From positions 96,001 to 160,000 of the forward strand of contig CAWKNZ010000006.1 of assembly GCA_963851265.1 (NCBI GenBank): a stretch of 64,000 bases of DNA. The letters run 5' to 3'. The notes beneath the pieces were generated by a model. The model did not search any database. It had not been told where the DNA came from and worked only from the letters and a program-made list of their open reading frames with translations. This document shows positions 38,492-51,586 of the stretch, piece by piece. Origin of the DNA: an uncultured Gemmatimonadales bacterium. Lineage in GTDB: Bacteria > Gemmatimonadota > Gemmatimonadetes > Gemmatimonadales > Gemmatimonadaceae. The first letter of the stretch is position 1; the number at the start of each line of letters is the position of its first letter. The translations under genes were made by a program, and so were the position numbers.

Positions 38492-41299
38492 GTGCCCCGC
38501 CATCCCCTCCACGCGCGCCACGTGCGCCGCGCCGCCGCCCTCGCCGCGCTCTGCGCGGTCCCGCTCACCGCTCCCGCGCGCGCGCGGGCCCAGGCCGGGC
38601 GCGCCGTCCCCGCCTCCGCGCCCCCAGCGGCCGGCGCCCCGACCCGCGTGACCTCGGTCGAGGGCATCACGGAGTACCGCCTCGCCAACGGGCTGCGCGT
38701 GCTCCTCTTCCCCGACGCGTCCAAGCCCACCGCCACCGTCAACATCACCTACTTCGTCGGATCCGCGAAGGAGGGCTACGGCGAGACGGGGATGGCGCAC
38801 CTGCTCGAGCACATGGTGTTCAAGGGCTCGACGCACCACACGAACATCCCGCAGGAGCTGACGGCCCACGGCGCGCGGCCCAACGGTACCACCTGGCTCG
38901 AGCGGACCAACTACTTCGAGACGGTGCCCGCCGGCGACACGACGCTCGCCTGGGCGCTCGACCTCGAGGCCGACCGGATGGTGAACTCGTTCATCGCCGA
39001 CAAGGACCTGCGGAGCGAGTTCTCGGTGGTGCGCAACGAGTTCGAGATGGGCGAGAACAGCCCCTTCAACGTGACGATGGAGCGCGCGATGTCGGCCGCG
39101 TTCCTCTGGCACGGGTACGGGCGGTCGACGATCGGCAACCGGTCCGATATCGAGAACGTGCCGATTCCGCGGCTGCAGGCGTTCTACCGCAAGTACTACC
39201 AGCCCGACAACGCGATGCTCGTCGTCGCGGGCAAGTTCGATCCCGACCGCACGCTCGCCGTCGTGCAGGAGAAGTTCGGCCGGATCCCGCGCCCCGCGCG
39301 CACGCTCGACCCCTCGTACACCGTCGAGCCGGTGCAGGACGGCGAGCGCGGCGTCACGGTCCGCCGCGTCGGCGACGTGCAGCTCGCCTTCGCGCTCTAC
39401 CACATTCCCTCCGGCGCGCACGCGGACTTCCCCGCGGTCGACGTGCTCACCGAGGTGCTCGGCAGCGAGCCGTCGGGGCGCCTGTACCAGGCGCTCGTCG
39501 TGCCGAAGCGCGCGGCGTCCGCCGGCGCGTTCAGCTTCGAGACGCACGATCCGGGCGTGCTCATCACCTTCGCCCAGGTGCGGAAGGAGGACTCGCTCGC
39601 GGTGACGCAGCGGGTCCTGATGGCGACCCTCGACTCGGCTTCGCGCGCGGCGCCGACGGCGGCTGAGGTCGACCGCGCCAAGACGGCGCTGCTCACGCAG
39701 TGGGACCTCACGTTCAACGATTCGGAGCGCGCCGCGCTCGTGCTCTCCGAATCGGCGGCCGCGGGTGACTGGCGCCTGTTCTTCCTGCAGCGCGACCGCA
39801 TCAAGCAGGTGACGCCCGCCGACGTGCAGCGCGTCGCGGCCGCGTACCTCAAGCCGTCCAACCGGACGACCGCGCTGTTCGTCCCGACGGCCGCGCCCGA
39901 CCGCGCCGAGATGCCGCCGACGCCTAACGTCGACGCGCTGGTGGCGGGCTACAAGGGGAACGCCGCGCTCGCCGCCGGCGAGGTGTTCGACCCGTCGCCG
40001 ACCACGGTCGACGCGCGCACCGCGCGCACGCGCCTCGCGAGCGGCCTGCAGCTCGCCCTGCTGCCCAAGAAGACGCGGGGCGGCACCGTCACCGCCGCGT
40101 TCACGCTGCGCACGGGCGACGAGGCCTCGTTGCAGGGGCGCGCGACCGCGGCGGCGATGACGGCGCAGATGATCCTCCGCGGCACGAAGGCGCTCACGCG
40201 CCAGCAGGTCAAGGACTCGCTCGACAAGCTCAAGGCGAACGTGTCGGTGTACGGCGGCCCGACGCAGGTGAGCGGGCAGATCGAGACGACGCGCGCGAAC
40301 CTGCCGGCCGCGCTCCGGCTCGTCGGCCAGTCGCTCCGCGAGCCGGCGCTCGACGCGAAGGAGTTCGAGCTGCTCCGCTCCGACCAGCTCGCGCAGCTCG
40401 ACGACCAGCGCAGCGAGCCGACCGCACTCGGGTCGATCGCCTACCAGCGACTGCTCAACCCGCACGCGAAGGGACACCCGCTCTACATCCAGACCATCGA
40501 CGAGCAGGGGGCGGAGCTGCGCGCGCTCACGGCGGACGACGTGCGCCGCTTCCACCGCGACTTCTACGGCGCCAGCGCCGGCGAGCTGGCCGTGGTCGGC
40601 GACTTCGACCGCGCCGCGATCGCCGCCCTCGCCGACTCGCTGTTCGGCGGCTGGAAGAGCGCGACCGCATACCACCGCGTGCCCGTGCCCTACACGGCCC
40701 TCGCCGCCGGCACGCAGTCGATCCTCACCCCGGACAAGGCGAACGCGTTCTTCCTGGGCGGCACCAACGTCCGCCTCCGCGACGACGACCCGGACTACCC
40801 GGCCCTGCTCCTCGCGAACTACATGTTGGGCGGGGGATTCCTCAACTCGCGCCTCGCGACGCGCATCCGCCAGAAGGAAGGAATCAGCTACGGCGTGGGC
40901 TCGCAGTTCCAGGCGAGCGCGCTCGATTCGGTGGGCAGCTTCACGACGTACGCCATCTACGCCCCGCAGAACGTCGACCGGCTGGAGCGGGCCTTCCGCG
41001 AGGAGCTCGCCCGTGCGGGCAAGGACGGCTTCACGGCCGACGAGGTCGCGCAGGCCAAGGCCGGGTGGCTGCAGAACCGGCAGACGAACCGCGCCGAGGA
41101 CGCGGGGCTCGCCCGCGCGTTGGGCACCCAGCTCTACCTCGGCCGCACGACGGCGTGGGACGCCGGCGTCGAGGCGCGCGTGGCGGCGCTCACGCCCGAC
41201 CAGGTGCGCGCTGCATTCGCCCGCGCGGTGGACCCGTCGCACGTGGTGATCGTGAAGGCCGGCGACTGGAGCAAGAAGGCGCAGGGCGCGGTGCCCTGA
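38492..41299 (+). CDS. M16 family zinc protease (PqqL-like; start uncertain)
   Basis: LANGLRV; GMAHLLEHMVFKG (HxxEH); NGTT..RTNY; SRL..RIRQKEGISYG. Confidence 0.93.
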   Translation: MPRHPLHARHVRRAAALAALCAVPLTAPARARAQAGRAVPASAPPAAGAPTRVTSVEGITEYRLANGLRVLLFPDASKPTATVNITYFVGSAKEGYGETGMAHLLEHMVFKGSTHHTNIPQELTAHGARPNGTTWLERTNYFETVPAGDTTLAWALDLEADRMVNSFIADKDLRSEFSVVRNEFEMGENSPFNVTMERAMSAAFLWHGYGRSTIGNRSDIENVPIPRLQAFYRKYYQPDNAMLVVAGKFDPDRTLAVVQEKFGRIPRPARTLDPSYTVEPVQDGERGVTVRRVGDVQLAFALYHIPSGAHADFPAVDVLTEVLGSEPSGRLYQALVVPKRAASAGAFSFETHDPGVLITFAQVRKEDSLAVTQRVLMATLDSASRAAPTAAEVDRAKTALLTQWDLTFNDSERAALVLSESAAAGDWRLFFLQRDRIKQVTPADVQRVAAAYLKPSNRTTALFVPTAAPDRAEMPPTPNVDALVAGYKGNAALAAGEVFDPSPTTVDARTARTRLASGLQLALLPKKTRGGTVTAAFTLRTGDEASLQGRATAAAMTAQMILRGTKALTRQQVKDSLDKLKANVSVYGGPTQVSGQIETTRANLPAALRLVGQSLREPALDAKEFELLRSDQLAQLDDQRSEPTALGSIAYQRLLNPHAKGHPLYIQTIDEQGAELRALTADDVRRFHRDFYGASAGELAVVGDFDRAAIAALADSLFGGWKSATAYHRVPVPYTALAAGTQSILTPDKANAFFLGGTNVRLRDDDPDYPALLLANYMLGGGFLNSRLATRIRQKEGISYGVGSQFQASALDSVGSFTTYAIYAPQNVDRLERAFREELARAGKDGFTADEVAQAKAGWLQNRQTNRAEDAGLARALGTQLYLGRTTAWDAGVEARVAALTPDQVRAAFARAVDPSHVVIVKAGDWSKKAQGAVP

Positions 41300-41409
41300 G
41301 TCCGACGCCGCGCGAGGCGTGCCCGTTAGGCAGCTGCGCGGTCGTCGGCGCGCGCGTGCGCCAGACGGAGCGCCTAGCTGGGCGGCGCAGGTCGGCGGCG
41401 GGAACGCCG

Positions 41410-41830
41410 GTGGTCTGCTCGACGCGATCGGGCGTGTTGGGGCCACGGCGCCGGTCGAGCACGCGCATGCGGATGATCGTGTTCTGCGACGCGATGTTGT
41501 GCCCGCAGTGCAGGACCGCGTCGGTGGTGTCGAGGTCGCGTAGCCGGCCAGCTGTCCGTCGGAGCCGAACGACTTCTTTATCGCTTCGGCGGAGGTCGCC
41601 GTGCAGAGCCGCGTGTTGCCGTCCGTGTGCGGTGTGCCGAGCCCGGCGTTTTCCATCACGGCGAGCGTGTGGTAATCCTCGATGATCAACTGCCCGGCGT
41701 TGTAGAGGCCGACTCCATCGCCTCGTCCCAGCGCGCCTCTTCGAGTCTCGCGCGCCTGCCGCCGCGGTGCGGCGTGCGGGCTCCCCAGATGTCGGCGATC
41801 GAATCACGGGTCTGCATCGGCGTGCGGCGG
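41410..41830 (-). pseudogene. Degraded fragment of a molybdopterin oxidoreductase (assimilatory nitrate reductase / formate dehydrogenase-like)
   Basis: Motifs scattered over different frames: PVIR..LEEARWDEAM; GLYNAGQLIIEDY..TPHTDGNTRLCTAT..KSFGSDGQ; DLDTTDAVLHCGHNIASQNT..RVLDR. Confidence 0.75.
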
Positions 41831-42060
41831 CCTGGGCCGCCGAGCCGGGTGGTGTGAAGCGGACATCACGGATCCGGTCGCGCCGCGGGCGAGGACCGTG
41901 ACACGGAGACCAGACGATCGAATTGCAGTCGACCGGCGTTGCGACGCGCCGCCCGGGCGAGTCTGTTTCATACGTCGCACGCGTCGCTTGATCGGTTCGC
42001 GCCCGCGACGCGCGTCCGGCGCCGTCGTGCAGGGCCGCATTCCCCTCCAGGCCGCCCCGC

Positions 42061-44376
<2,316 letters not shown>

Positions 44377-44377
44377 T

Positions 44378-46090
44378 TCAGGCCACGACGGCGGCGTCGC
44401 GGAGCAGCGCCTCGACGAGCACCGCGCGCGCCGCGTGGTCGCCGTCGCCGATCGCCGGCGGGTCGATCAGCTCGGCGTAGCAGCGCGCCGCCGCCGCGGG
44501 CGCGGGATCACCCGCCGCGGCACCGCGCGCCGCATCCTCGGCGAGCAGCACGAGCGCGAGGCTCTGCGCCAGCCGGTGCAGCAGGCGGCGCGCGTACACC
44601 GGACCGGCGTCGGGCGACGCGGTGGTCGCGGCGTAGGCGCGCCGGTCCCCGTCGAGGCGGCCCGCGAGCGCCGCGCGCAGCCCGCCGGGTTCGTCAGGCA
44701 GCACGGCGAGCGCCCCGCCCGCGCGGCGCTCGTACGCGGCGAACCCGCCGTAGCGCGGGTGGAGCAGGCGCATGAGTTCGAGCGCCTGGATGTTGGCGGG
44801 CCCTTCCCACACGGTGAGCACCTGCGCGTCGCGCAGGAGACGCTCGACCGGGTAATCGCGCGTGTAGCCGTTCCCGCCGAGCAGTTCGAGCGCGGCGCGG
44901 CTCGCGGCCACCGCGTCGTCGGCGGTCAGGTACTTCGCGAGGGCGGTGGTCAGGCGCAGCCACGCCCGGCGCGCGGGGTCGCGAAGCGCGTCGTCGACCG
45001 CGCCCGCGGCCTCGAAGGCGAGGAGGGTGCCCGCGCGCCACCGCACCGCCAGCTCGGCGAGCGTCTCCTGCACCATCGGGTAGTCGGCGATCGCGCGGCC
45101 GAACGCGCGCCGCCGCGTCGCCCACGCGAGCGCTTCCGCGAGCGCCCGGCGCTGCACGCCGGCCGCGCCGACGGCGTTGTGCACGCGGCTGTAAGTGAGC
45201 GCCTCGAGCATCAGGCGCAACCCGTCCGGCGGCGCCGCGACCTCCACGGCTTCGGCGCCTAACAGCTCGATCTCGCCGGTCGGCAGGCCGCGCGTGCCGA
45301 GCTTCTCCTTGAGGCGGCGGATGAGGTAGTGGTTGACGCGCCCGTCGTCGAGGTGGCTCGGGACCAGGTAGAGGCCGAGCCCGGCGGAGCCCGGCGGGGC
45401 GCCCGCCGGGCGGGCGGTGGCGAGCGCGAGGCCGCCGTTGGCGTTGCTGGCGAACCACTTGAGGCCGTGGAGCGCGTGCGTCGCGGTCCAGCGACCCGCG
45501 ACATCCGGCTGAGCCGCGACCGGACGCGCCTCGGTGGTCGTCGCGCCCACGTCGCTGCCGCCGTGCATCTCGGTCGCCCAGGTGCCGCCGGTCTTGGCGC
45601 GCCCGTCCGTCCGGGTGAGGTCGGGCAGGAACCGTTCGCGCAGCGCGGGCGAGGCGAAGTGGCCGAGCACGTACGCGACCGCGCCGGTGAGGGTGACCGG
45701 GCAGTGCAGGCTGATGTCGGCCTGCGACAGCAGGTACCCCATCGTGAAGCTCAGCAGATGCGGCGCGCCGTCGTGGTACGGACGGCCGACGATGCCGCGC
45801 GCGTAGACCTCGTCGTGCTGGGCGGCGTAGGCGGCGTTGAGCACGATCCGGTTGACCACGCGCCCGTCGCGGTCGTACGTCTCGAGCCGCGGCGGCGCGT
45901 CGCGGTCCGTCGTTGCCGCCTGCGCGTCGACCTCGGTCCGCACCCAGCGGTGGAAGTCGCCGAGCTCCGCGCGGTACCGGTCGAAGCCGGGCACGCGCGC
46001 TTCGAGTCGCGGGGCGAGGTACGCGTCGTACGCGTCGTCGGCGTGACGCGCGGGCGCGGCACGCGGCGGGGCGTTGCGGTCGGTCGTCAC
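44378..46090 (-). CDS. Acyl-CoA dehydrogenase family protein (AidB-like)
   Basis: CPVTLT, TEMHGGSDV, GLKWFAS, RLKEKLGTR, RRAFG, LGGNGY, LRDAQVLTVWEG. Confidence 0.9.
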   Translation of the reverse strand: MTTDRNAPPRAAPARHADDAYDAYLAPRLEARVPGFDRYRAELGDFHRWVRTEVDAQAATTDRDAPPRLETYDRDGRVVNRIVLNAAYAAQHDEVYARGIVGRPYHDGAPHLLSFTMGYLLSQADISLHCPVTLTGAVAYVLGHFASPALRERFLPDLTRTDGRAKTGGTWATEMHGGSDVGATTTEARPVAAQPDVAGRWTATHALHGLKWFASNANGGLALATARPAGAPPGSAGLGLYLVPSHLDDGRVNHYLIRRLKEKLGTRGLPTGEIELLGAEAVEVAAPPDGLRLMLEALTYSRVHNAVGAAGVQRRALAEALAWATRRRAFGRAIADYPMVQETLAELAVRWRAGTLLAFEAAGAVDDALRDPARRAWLRLTTALAKYLTADDAVAASRAALELLGGNGYTRDYPVERLLRDAQVLTVWEGPANIQALELMRLLHPRYGGFAAYERRAGGALAVLPDEPGGLRAALAGRLDGDRRAYAATTASPDAGPVYARRLLHRLAQSLALVLLAEDAARGAAAGDPAPAAAARCYAELIDPPAIGDGDHAARAVLVEALLRDAAVVA

Positions 46091-46205
46091 GACGCGAATC
46101 CTACGGCGCGGTCCGCTGCGGCGTTATGGTTGCCGTGACGCGCGGCGTATGCCGCGCGGGGAAGCGCACCTGCGCGCGCGACCGAACGGTCAACGGAGGA
46201 TGGGC

Positions 46206-48239
46206 ATGGCGGGCCTACGGGGTCGAACCACGGCGGCAATCGGGCACGCGGCGCCCACGGCGCGGTTCGGCGGGCCCGCGGCGCTGGCCGCGCGGGTCGG
46301 CGCCGTACTCATGGCGGTCACGGCGCTCGCCCCGGCGCTCGCCCCGGCGCGCGCGCCGGCGCAGCCTGCGGCCGCGCGAGCCGCGGCCGCGCCGGGTGCC
46401 CCGACGGAGGGTCTCTACCTTCCGCGCGCGGTCAAGCGCGCATTCTCCCGGGGCACGCGCTCGCTCGACGGGCGACCTGGCCCGCGCTACTGGCAAAACC
46501 GCGCGCGCTACACGATCACGCTCACCACGCTGCCTCCCGACCGCGCGGTGCGCGGGACGGAGCAGATCGTCTACGCGAACAACAGCCCCGACACGCTGCG
46601 GACGCTCGTGTTCAAGCTGTTCGCCAACATCCACAAGCCGGGTGCACCGCGCGAGGCGCCGGCGAGCCCCGATTATCTCACGTCGGGCGTGCAGGTCGAC
46701 GCGTTCACGGTCGACGGCCGCGAGGCGCGCTGGGGCGACGACGCGCGCACCTTCACGGTGCACGAGGTGCCGCTCGCCACGCCGCTCCTGCCGCACGACT
46801 CGGTCCGCCTCGCGATCAGCTGGCACTACGACCTGTCGCGCGAGGCCGGCCGCGAGGGGATGCTCGACTCGACGACGTCGTACCTCGCGTACTTCTACCC
46901 GCGCGTGGCCGTCTACGACGACTACAACGGGTGGGACCGGATGACGTTCACCGACGCGCAGGAGTTCTACAGCGACTTCAACGACTACGACGTCACGCTG
47001 CGCGTGCCGGCCAACGACGTCGTCTGGGGCACGGGCACGCTGACCAACGCCGCGGCCGTGTTGCGCCCCGAGCCGCTCCGGCGCTTTCGGGCGTCGCTGA
47101 CGTCGGACACCACGATCCACGTCGCCACGCGCGCGGAGTTGGCCGCGCACAGCGTCACCGTCCCCGCGGCGGCCGCCGGCGCGCCGGTCGCGTGGCACTT
47201 CGCCGCGACCAACGTGCCCGACGTGACCTTCGCCGTGAGCGACCACTACGTGTGGGATGCCGCGAGCGTCGTGGTCGACACGGCAACGGGCCGGCGCGCG
47301 GGCGTGCAGGCCGCGTACAACGACACGGCCGTCGACTTCCGCTCCATGGTGCAGTTCGGCCGCCACTCGCTCGACTGGCTGTCGCGCCACTGGCCGGGCG
47401 TGCCCTACCCGTACGAGAAGACGACGGTGGTGCAGGGCAGCGCCGACATGGAGTACCCGATGATGGTCAACGACGGCAGCACGCGCGACACCACGTTCTC
47501 GCGCTTCGTCGTCGAGCACGAGATCGCGCACACGTGGTTCCCGTTCTACATGGGGATCAACGAGACGCGCTACGGCTTCATGGACGAGGGCTGGGCGACG
47601 ACGTTCGAGTACCTCATCGGGCTCGCCGACCTCGGCGCCGCGCGCGAGACGGCCTTCTACCAGCAGTTCCGCGTCGCGCGCTGGATCCGCGATCCGTCGC
47701 CGGTCGAGGACCTCCCGATCGTCACCCCGGGCGACGTACTCTCCGGCGCGGGACTCGGCAACAACGAGTACGGCAAGGCGTCGCTCGGCTACCTGGCCGT
47801 GAAGGATCTGTTAGGCGACGCCGTGTTCCGCCGGTCGCTGCACGCGTTCATGGACCGGTGGCACGGGAGGCACCCGATCCCGTGGGACTTCTTCGACACC
47901 TTCGACGACGTGTCCGGGCAGAACCTCGACTGGTTCTGGCGCGCCTGGTTCTTCTCCAACGCGTACATCGACCTCGCGGTCGACGGCGTGCGGGGGACGC
48001 CCGGCGGCTACGCCGTCTCGCTCCGCAACGTCGGCGGCATGCCGGCGCCCGTGAACCTCGTGCTGACCTACGCCGACGGCAGCACCGAGACCGTGCACGA
48101 GACGCCGGCGATCTGGGCGTCCGACCAGCAGCGCGCGACGGTCACCCTCCGCACGGGCAAGGCGCTCCGCTCGCTCGCGCTGGAGGGCGGCATCTTCATG
48201 GACGCGGACCGCTCGAACGACCGCTGGCAGGCGCCGTAG
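46206..48239 (+). CDS. M1 family metallopeptidase, secreted
   Basis: GGAGG RBS; YWQNRA.Y; MEYPMM; HEIAH..(18)..E (MDEG). Confidence 0.9.
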   Translation: MAGLRGRTTAAIGHAAPTARFGGPAALAARVGAVLMAVTALAPALAPARAPAQPAAARAAAAPGAPTEGLYLPRAVKRAFSRGTRSLDGRPGPRYWQNRARYTITLTTLPPDRAVRGTEQIVYANNSPDTLRTLVFKLFANIHKPGAPREAPASPDYLTSGVQVDAFTVDGREARWGDDARTFTVHEVPLATPLLPHDSVRLAISWHYDLSREAGREGMLDSTTSYLAYFYPRVAVYDDYNGWDRMTFTDAQEFYSDFNDYDVTLRVPANDVVWGTGTLTNAAAVLRPEPLRRFRASLTSDTTIHVATRAELAAHSVTVPAAAAGAPVAWHFAATNVPDVTFAVSDHYVWDAASVVVDTATGRRAGVQAAYNDTAVDFRSMVQFGRHSLDWLSRHWPGVPYPYEKTTVVQGSADMEYPMMVNDGSTRDTTFSRFVVEHEIAHTWFPFYMGINETRYGFMDEGWATTFEYLIGLADLGAARETAFYQQFRVARWIRDPSPVEDLPIVTPGDVLSGAGLGNNEYGKASLGYLAVKDLLGDAVFRRSLHAFMDRWHGRHPIPWDFFDTFDDVSGQNLDWFWRAWFFSNAYIDLAVDGVRGTPGGYAVSLRNVGGMPAPVNLVLTYADGSTETVHETPAIWASDQQRATVTLRTGKALRSLALEGGIFMDADRSNDRWQAP

Positions 48240-50037
48240 CGACGCCGCCCGCCTTCACCCGCGTGGTCCACTCGCGCACGCGCTGCTCGAGCACGTCCAT
48301 GGGCAGCGCGCCGGCGCCGAGCACCTCGTCGTGGAAGGCGCGCACGTCGAAGCGTGGGCCTAACGTCTGGCGGGCCTCGTCGCGGAGGCGCAGGATCGTC
48401 AGCTGCCCGACCTTGTACGCGAGCGCCTGACCCGGCCACGCGATGTAGCGGTCGGTCTCCGATTGCACCTCCGCGTCGGCCGCGCTCGAGTGCGCCCGAA
48501 AGAACGCCACGGCCTGCTCGCGCGTCCACCGCCGGTCGTGGATGCCGGTGTCGAGCACGAGGCGGATCGCGCGGAGCATCTCGTCGTCCAGGCGCCCGTA
48601 GTCGCTGTACGGGTTCTGGTAAAACCCGACCTCCTTGCCGAGCCGCTCGGCGTACAGCGCCCACCCCTCGACGTACGCGGTGTAGCCCGCCTGCTGGCGG
48701 AACGGCGGGAGCGACGGCAGCTCCTGCGCGATCGAGACCTGCATGTGGTGCCCCGGCACCCCCTCGTGGTACGCCGTCGACTCGTTGTTGATGGTGAGCT
48801 GGTGCGCGAAGTCGTAGGTGTTGACGAACACGTGCCCGGGGCGCGACCCGTCGGGCGTGCCCTGGTTGTACGCGGTCGACGCCTCCTTCTCGCGGAACGG
48901 CTCGACCGGCAGGATCTCCAGCTTCGCCTTCGGCAGCCGGCCGAAGAGCGTGGGGAGCTTCGCCCACATCTGCGCCGTGTAGCGGCGGTACTCGTCGAGG
49001 ATCTGCTCGCGCGAGGTCGGGTGCAGGGCCGGGATCTTCACGATCGAGTCGCGGAACGTGCGGACGTCGGCGAAGCCGAGCCGGCGCGCGATGGCGAGCT
49101 GCTCGCCCTCGATGCGCGCGACCTCCCGCAGCCCGAGCGCGTGGATCTCGTCGGGCGTCATGCGCGTGGTCGTCGTGCGGCGCACGGCGAGCGCGTACCG
49201 CGCCGCGCCGTTAGGCAACGCCCGCGTGCCGATGTCGGCGCGCCCGCGCGGCGCGTACTCGTCGCGGACGAAGGCGGTGAAGCGCAGGTACGCGGGCAGC
49301 ACGCTGTCGCGCACGGCGGCGAGCACGGCGGCGCGCAGCCGCGCCCGGTCGGCGTCGGAGAACTCCTTCGGCATCTGCGCGAGCGGCACCGCGAACGGCG
49401 TCGAGTCGGGCGCCTGGCCCGCGATGCCGCCCGCCTGCGTCGCCACCTGGGTGAGCAGGATCTTCGGCGGCATGAGCCCCTCCGCCATCCCCTCCCGCAT
49501 CACGGCGGTCACCTGCGCGAAGGCCCGCGGCACCGCGCGGAGTCGTGCGACGTAGTCGTCGTAGTCCTTGACGGTCGCGAACGAGAGCGAGGTGACGAGC
49601 TGTGGCAGGTCGATGTGCAGCCCCGACATCTGCGTGACCGGCATCTCCCACTCGCGGAAGGGCGCGGCCTCCAGCGCGGTGCGCAGGTTGAGCAGCATCA
49701 GGTCGCGGTTGAGCCGCTCCTGCTCGGGGAAGCCCGCCGTGTCGATAGCCGCGAAGCGCGCTTCGAACCGCCGTGCCGCGGCGACGTCGCGCTCGGCGGC
49801 GGCCGCCGACATGTCGCTGAGCTGGTCGTTGTAGCGCTTGTCGCCGAGCACCGACGCGAATTCGGGCGTCGTCCGCAGCGTGTACTCCCACTGCTCGTCG
49901 AGCAGGGCGTGGAGCGCGCGGACGCGGTCCTGAACGGCGGGGGAGAGCGTCACGGGCGGCGGAGCCACCTGTGCGCCCGCGCGGGCGCTGGCACAGGCGA
50001 GAACGAGCGCGGCGAGCAGCCGGGGAGTGCGCGGCAT
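48196..50037 (-). CDS. DUF885 family protein (putative metallopeptidase)
   Basis: Signal peptide; IHALGLREV; HEGVPGHH; YVEGWALYAE; RLVLDTGIH; RYIAWPGQALAYKVG. Confidence 0.92.
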   Translation of the reverse strand: MPRTPRLLAALVLACASARAGAQVAPPPVTLSPAVQDRVRALHALLDEQWEYTLRTTPEFASVLGDKRYNDQLSDMSAAAAERDVAAARRFEARFAAIDTAGFPEQERLNRDLMLLNLRTALEAAPFREWEMPVTQMSGLHIDLPQLVTSLSFATVKDYDDYVARLRAVPRAFAQVTAVMREGMAEGLMPPKILLTQVATQAGGIAGQAPDSTPFAVPLAQMPKEFSDADRARLRAAVLAAVRDSVLPAYLRFTAFVRDEYAPRGRADIGTRALPNGAARYALAVRRTTTTRMTPDEIHALGLREVARIEGEQLAIARRLGFADVRTFRDSIVKIPALHPTSREQILDEYRRYTAQMWAKLPTLFGRLPKAKLEILPVEPFREKEASTAYNQGTPDGSRPGHVFVNTYDFAHQLTINNESTAYHEGVPGHHMQVSIAQELPSLPPFRQQAGYTAYVEGWALYAERLGKEVGFYQNPYSDYGRLDDEMLRAIRLVLDTGIHDRRWTREQAVAFFRAHSSAADAEVQSETDRYIAWPGQALAYKVGQLTILRLRDEARQTLGPRFDVRAFHDEVLGAGALPMDVLEQRVREWTTRVKAGGVATAPASGRSSGPRP

Positions 50038-50196
50038 GACGGGAACGCAAGAGTGGGGCGTGAGGCGGCTCGCCGGGGCGGCCCGCCGTGCGGCGGAGGT
50101 GCGAAGGACGTGCTGAGCGGAATATGCGTCACGTCGCCAGCTTTCCACCGCGCCGCGCGTGTTCGACGTGCGGCACGCCTCCCCGCACGGCTTCTC

Positions 50197-51540
50197 GTGA
50201 CCACGCTCAACGCGCTCCGCGTCCTCGCCCGCGGCGCCTGTCTGGCCGCCCTCTGCGCGACGCACCTCGCCGCGCAGGCGCCGGTGGATTCCGCGCTCGC
50301 GGCGTACATCGCCGGCGTGCGCGCGATCGACGCGCACGCCCATCCCATGCGCCCCGTCGCGCCGGGCGCGCCCGCGGACTCGGAGTACGACGCGCTGCCG
50401 CTCGACGGCATCCCGCCCGCCCCCCTGCCCGCGCGCTTCCGGCCCGGGCACCCGTCGTGGCGCGCGGCGCAGCGCGCGCTCTACGGCGTCACGCCGGCCG
50501 ACACGACGGCCGCCGCCGCCGCGCCGCTCGCGGCCGCCGTCGCGCGCGTGCAGGCGGCACGCGGCGCGGCGTTCCCGGCCTGGGCGCTGGACCAGGCGGG
50601 CGTGGAGGTGATGCTCGCCAACCGCGTGGCGATGGGCCCGGGACTCGACGCGCCCCGCTTTCGTTGGATCTCGTTCGTCGACGCGCTGATGCTGCCGTTG
50701 GACGTCCGCGGCGAGGCGGCGCGCACGCCAGACGTGCGGTCGCTCTATCCGCGGGAGGCGACGCTCCTGCAGCGCTACCTCCGCGACCTGGGGCTGCGGG
50801 CGGTCCCGCCGACCCTCGACGCCTACGTGCGCCAGGTGGTCGCGCCGACGCTCGACCGGCAGCAACGCGCCGGCGCGGTCGGCGTGAAGTTCGAGGCGGC
50901 GTACCTGCGCCCGCTCGACTTCGACGACCCGGATCCGGCGCTCGCGCGCCGAGTCTACGCGCGGTACGTGGCGGGCGGCACGCCGACGCACGCCGAGTAC
51001 AAGGCCCTGCAGGACTACCTGTTTCGCGAGATCGCGCGGGCGGCGGGGCGGCGCGGGCTCGCCGTGCAGATCCACGTGCTCGAGCAGTTCGGCGGCTTCT
51101 ACTCCGCGCGCGGCAGCGCGCCGCACCTGCTCGAGCCGGCGTTCAACGATTCGACGCTTCGGGGCACGAACTTCGTCCTCGTGCACGGCGGCTGGCCGCT
51201 CGTCGGCGAGACGCAGGCGCTGCTCGCGAAGCCGAACGTCTACGCCGACGTCTCGATGATGGACCTGCTCGTGGAGCCGCCCGTCCTCGCAGGCGTGCTG
51301 CGGCCGTGGCTCGACGAGTGGCCGGAGAAGGTGCTCTACGGCAGCGACGCGTTCGACAACGGGCCCGCGCAGGGGTGGGAGCAGGCCGCCTGGGTCGCGT
51401 CCGCCAACGCGCGGCGTGCGTTAGGCATCACGCTCTCCGCGATGCTCGGCGACGGCGAGGTCGACCGGGCGGGCGCCGAGCGGCTCGCGCGGATGGTGTT
51501 GCGCGAGAACGCGCGCGCGGCCTACCCGCGGCTGCGCTGA
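50197..51540 (+). CDS. Amidohydrolase family (TIM-barrel) protein, secreted
   Basis: IDAHAHP; VGVKF..AY.R.LDF; VQIH; FVLVHGGWP; KVLYGSDA. Confidence 0.85.
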   Translation: MTTLNALRVLARGACLAALCATHLAAQAPVDSALAAYIAGVRAIDAHAHPMRPVAPGAPADSEYDALPLDGIPPAPLPARFRPGHPSWRAAQRALYGVTPADTTAAAAAPLAAAVARVQAARGAAFPAWALDQAGVEVMLANRVAMGPGLDAPRFRWISFVDALMLPLDVRGEAARTPDVRSLYPREATLLQRYLRDLGLRAVPPTLDAYVRQVVAPTLDRQQRAGAVGVKFEAAYLRPLDFDDPDPALARRVYARYVAGGTPTHAEYKALQDYLFREIARAAGRRGLAVQIHVLEQFGGFYSARGSAPHLLEPAFNDSTLRGTNFVLVHGGWPLVGETQALLAKPNVYADVSMMDLLVEPPVLAGVLRPWLDEWPEKVLYGSDAFDNGPAQGWEQAAWVASANARRALGITLSAMLGDGEVDRAGAERLARMVLRENARAAYPRLR

Positions 51541-51544
51541 GCGC

Positions 51545-51569
51545 GTCGCCCGCGACGGCGGGGTCCACC
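51545..51569 (+). repeat. Degenerate REP-like element
   Basis: GTCGCCCGCGACGGCGGGGTCCACC between convergent genes. Confidence 0.55.
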
Positions 51570-51586
51570 CGGCGGCGGCGCGTCAC

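Noticed and set aside
48196..48239. 44-bp convergent overlap of the M1 peptidase and DUF885 genes
   Set aside because: Short 3' overlaps are common in GC-rich genomes and nothing suggests a function.
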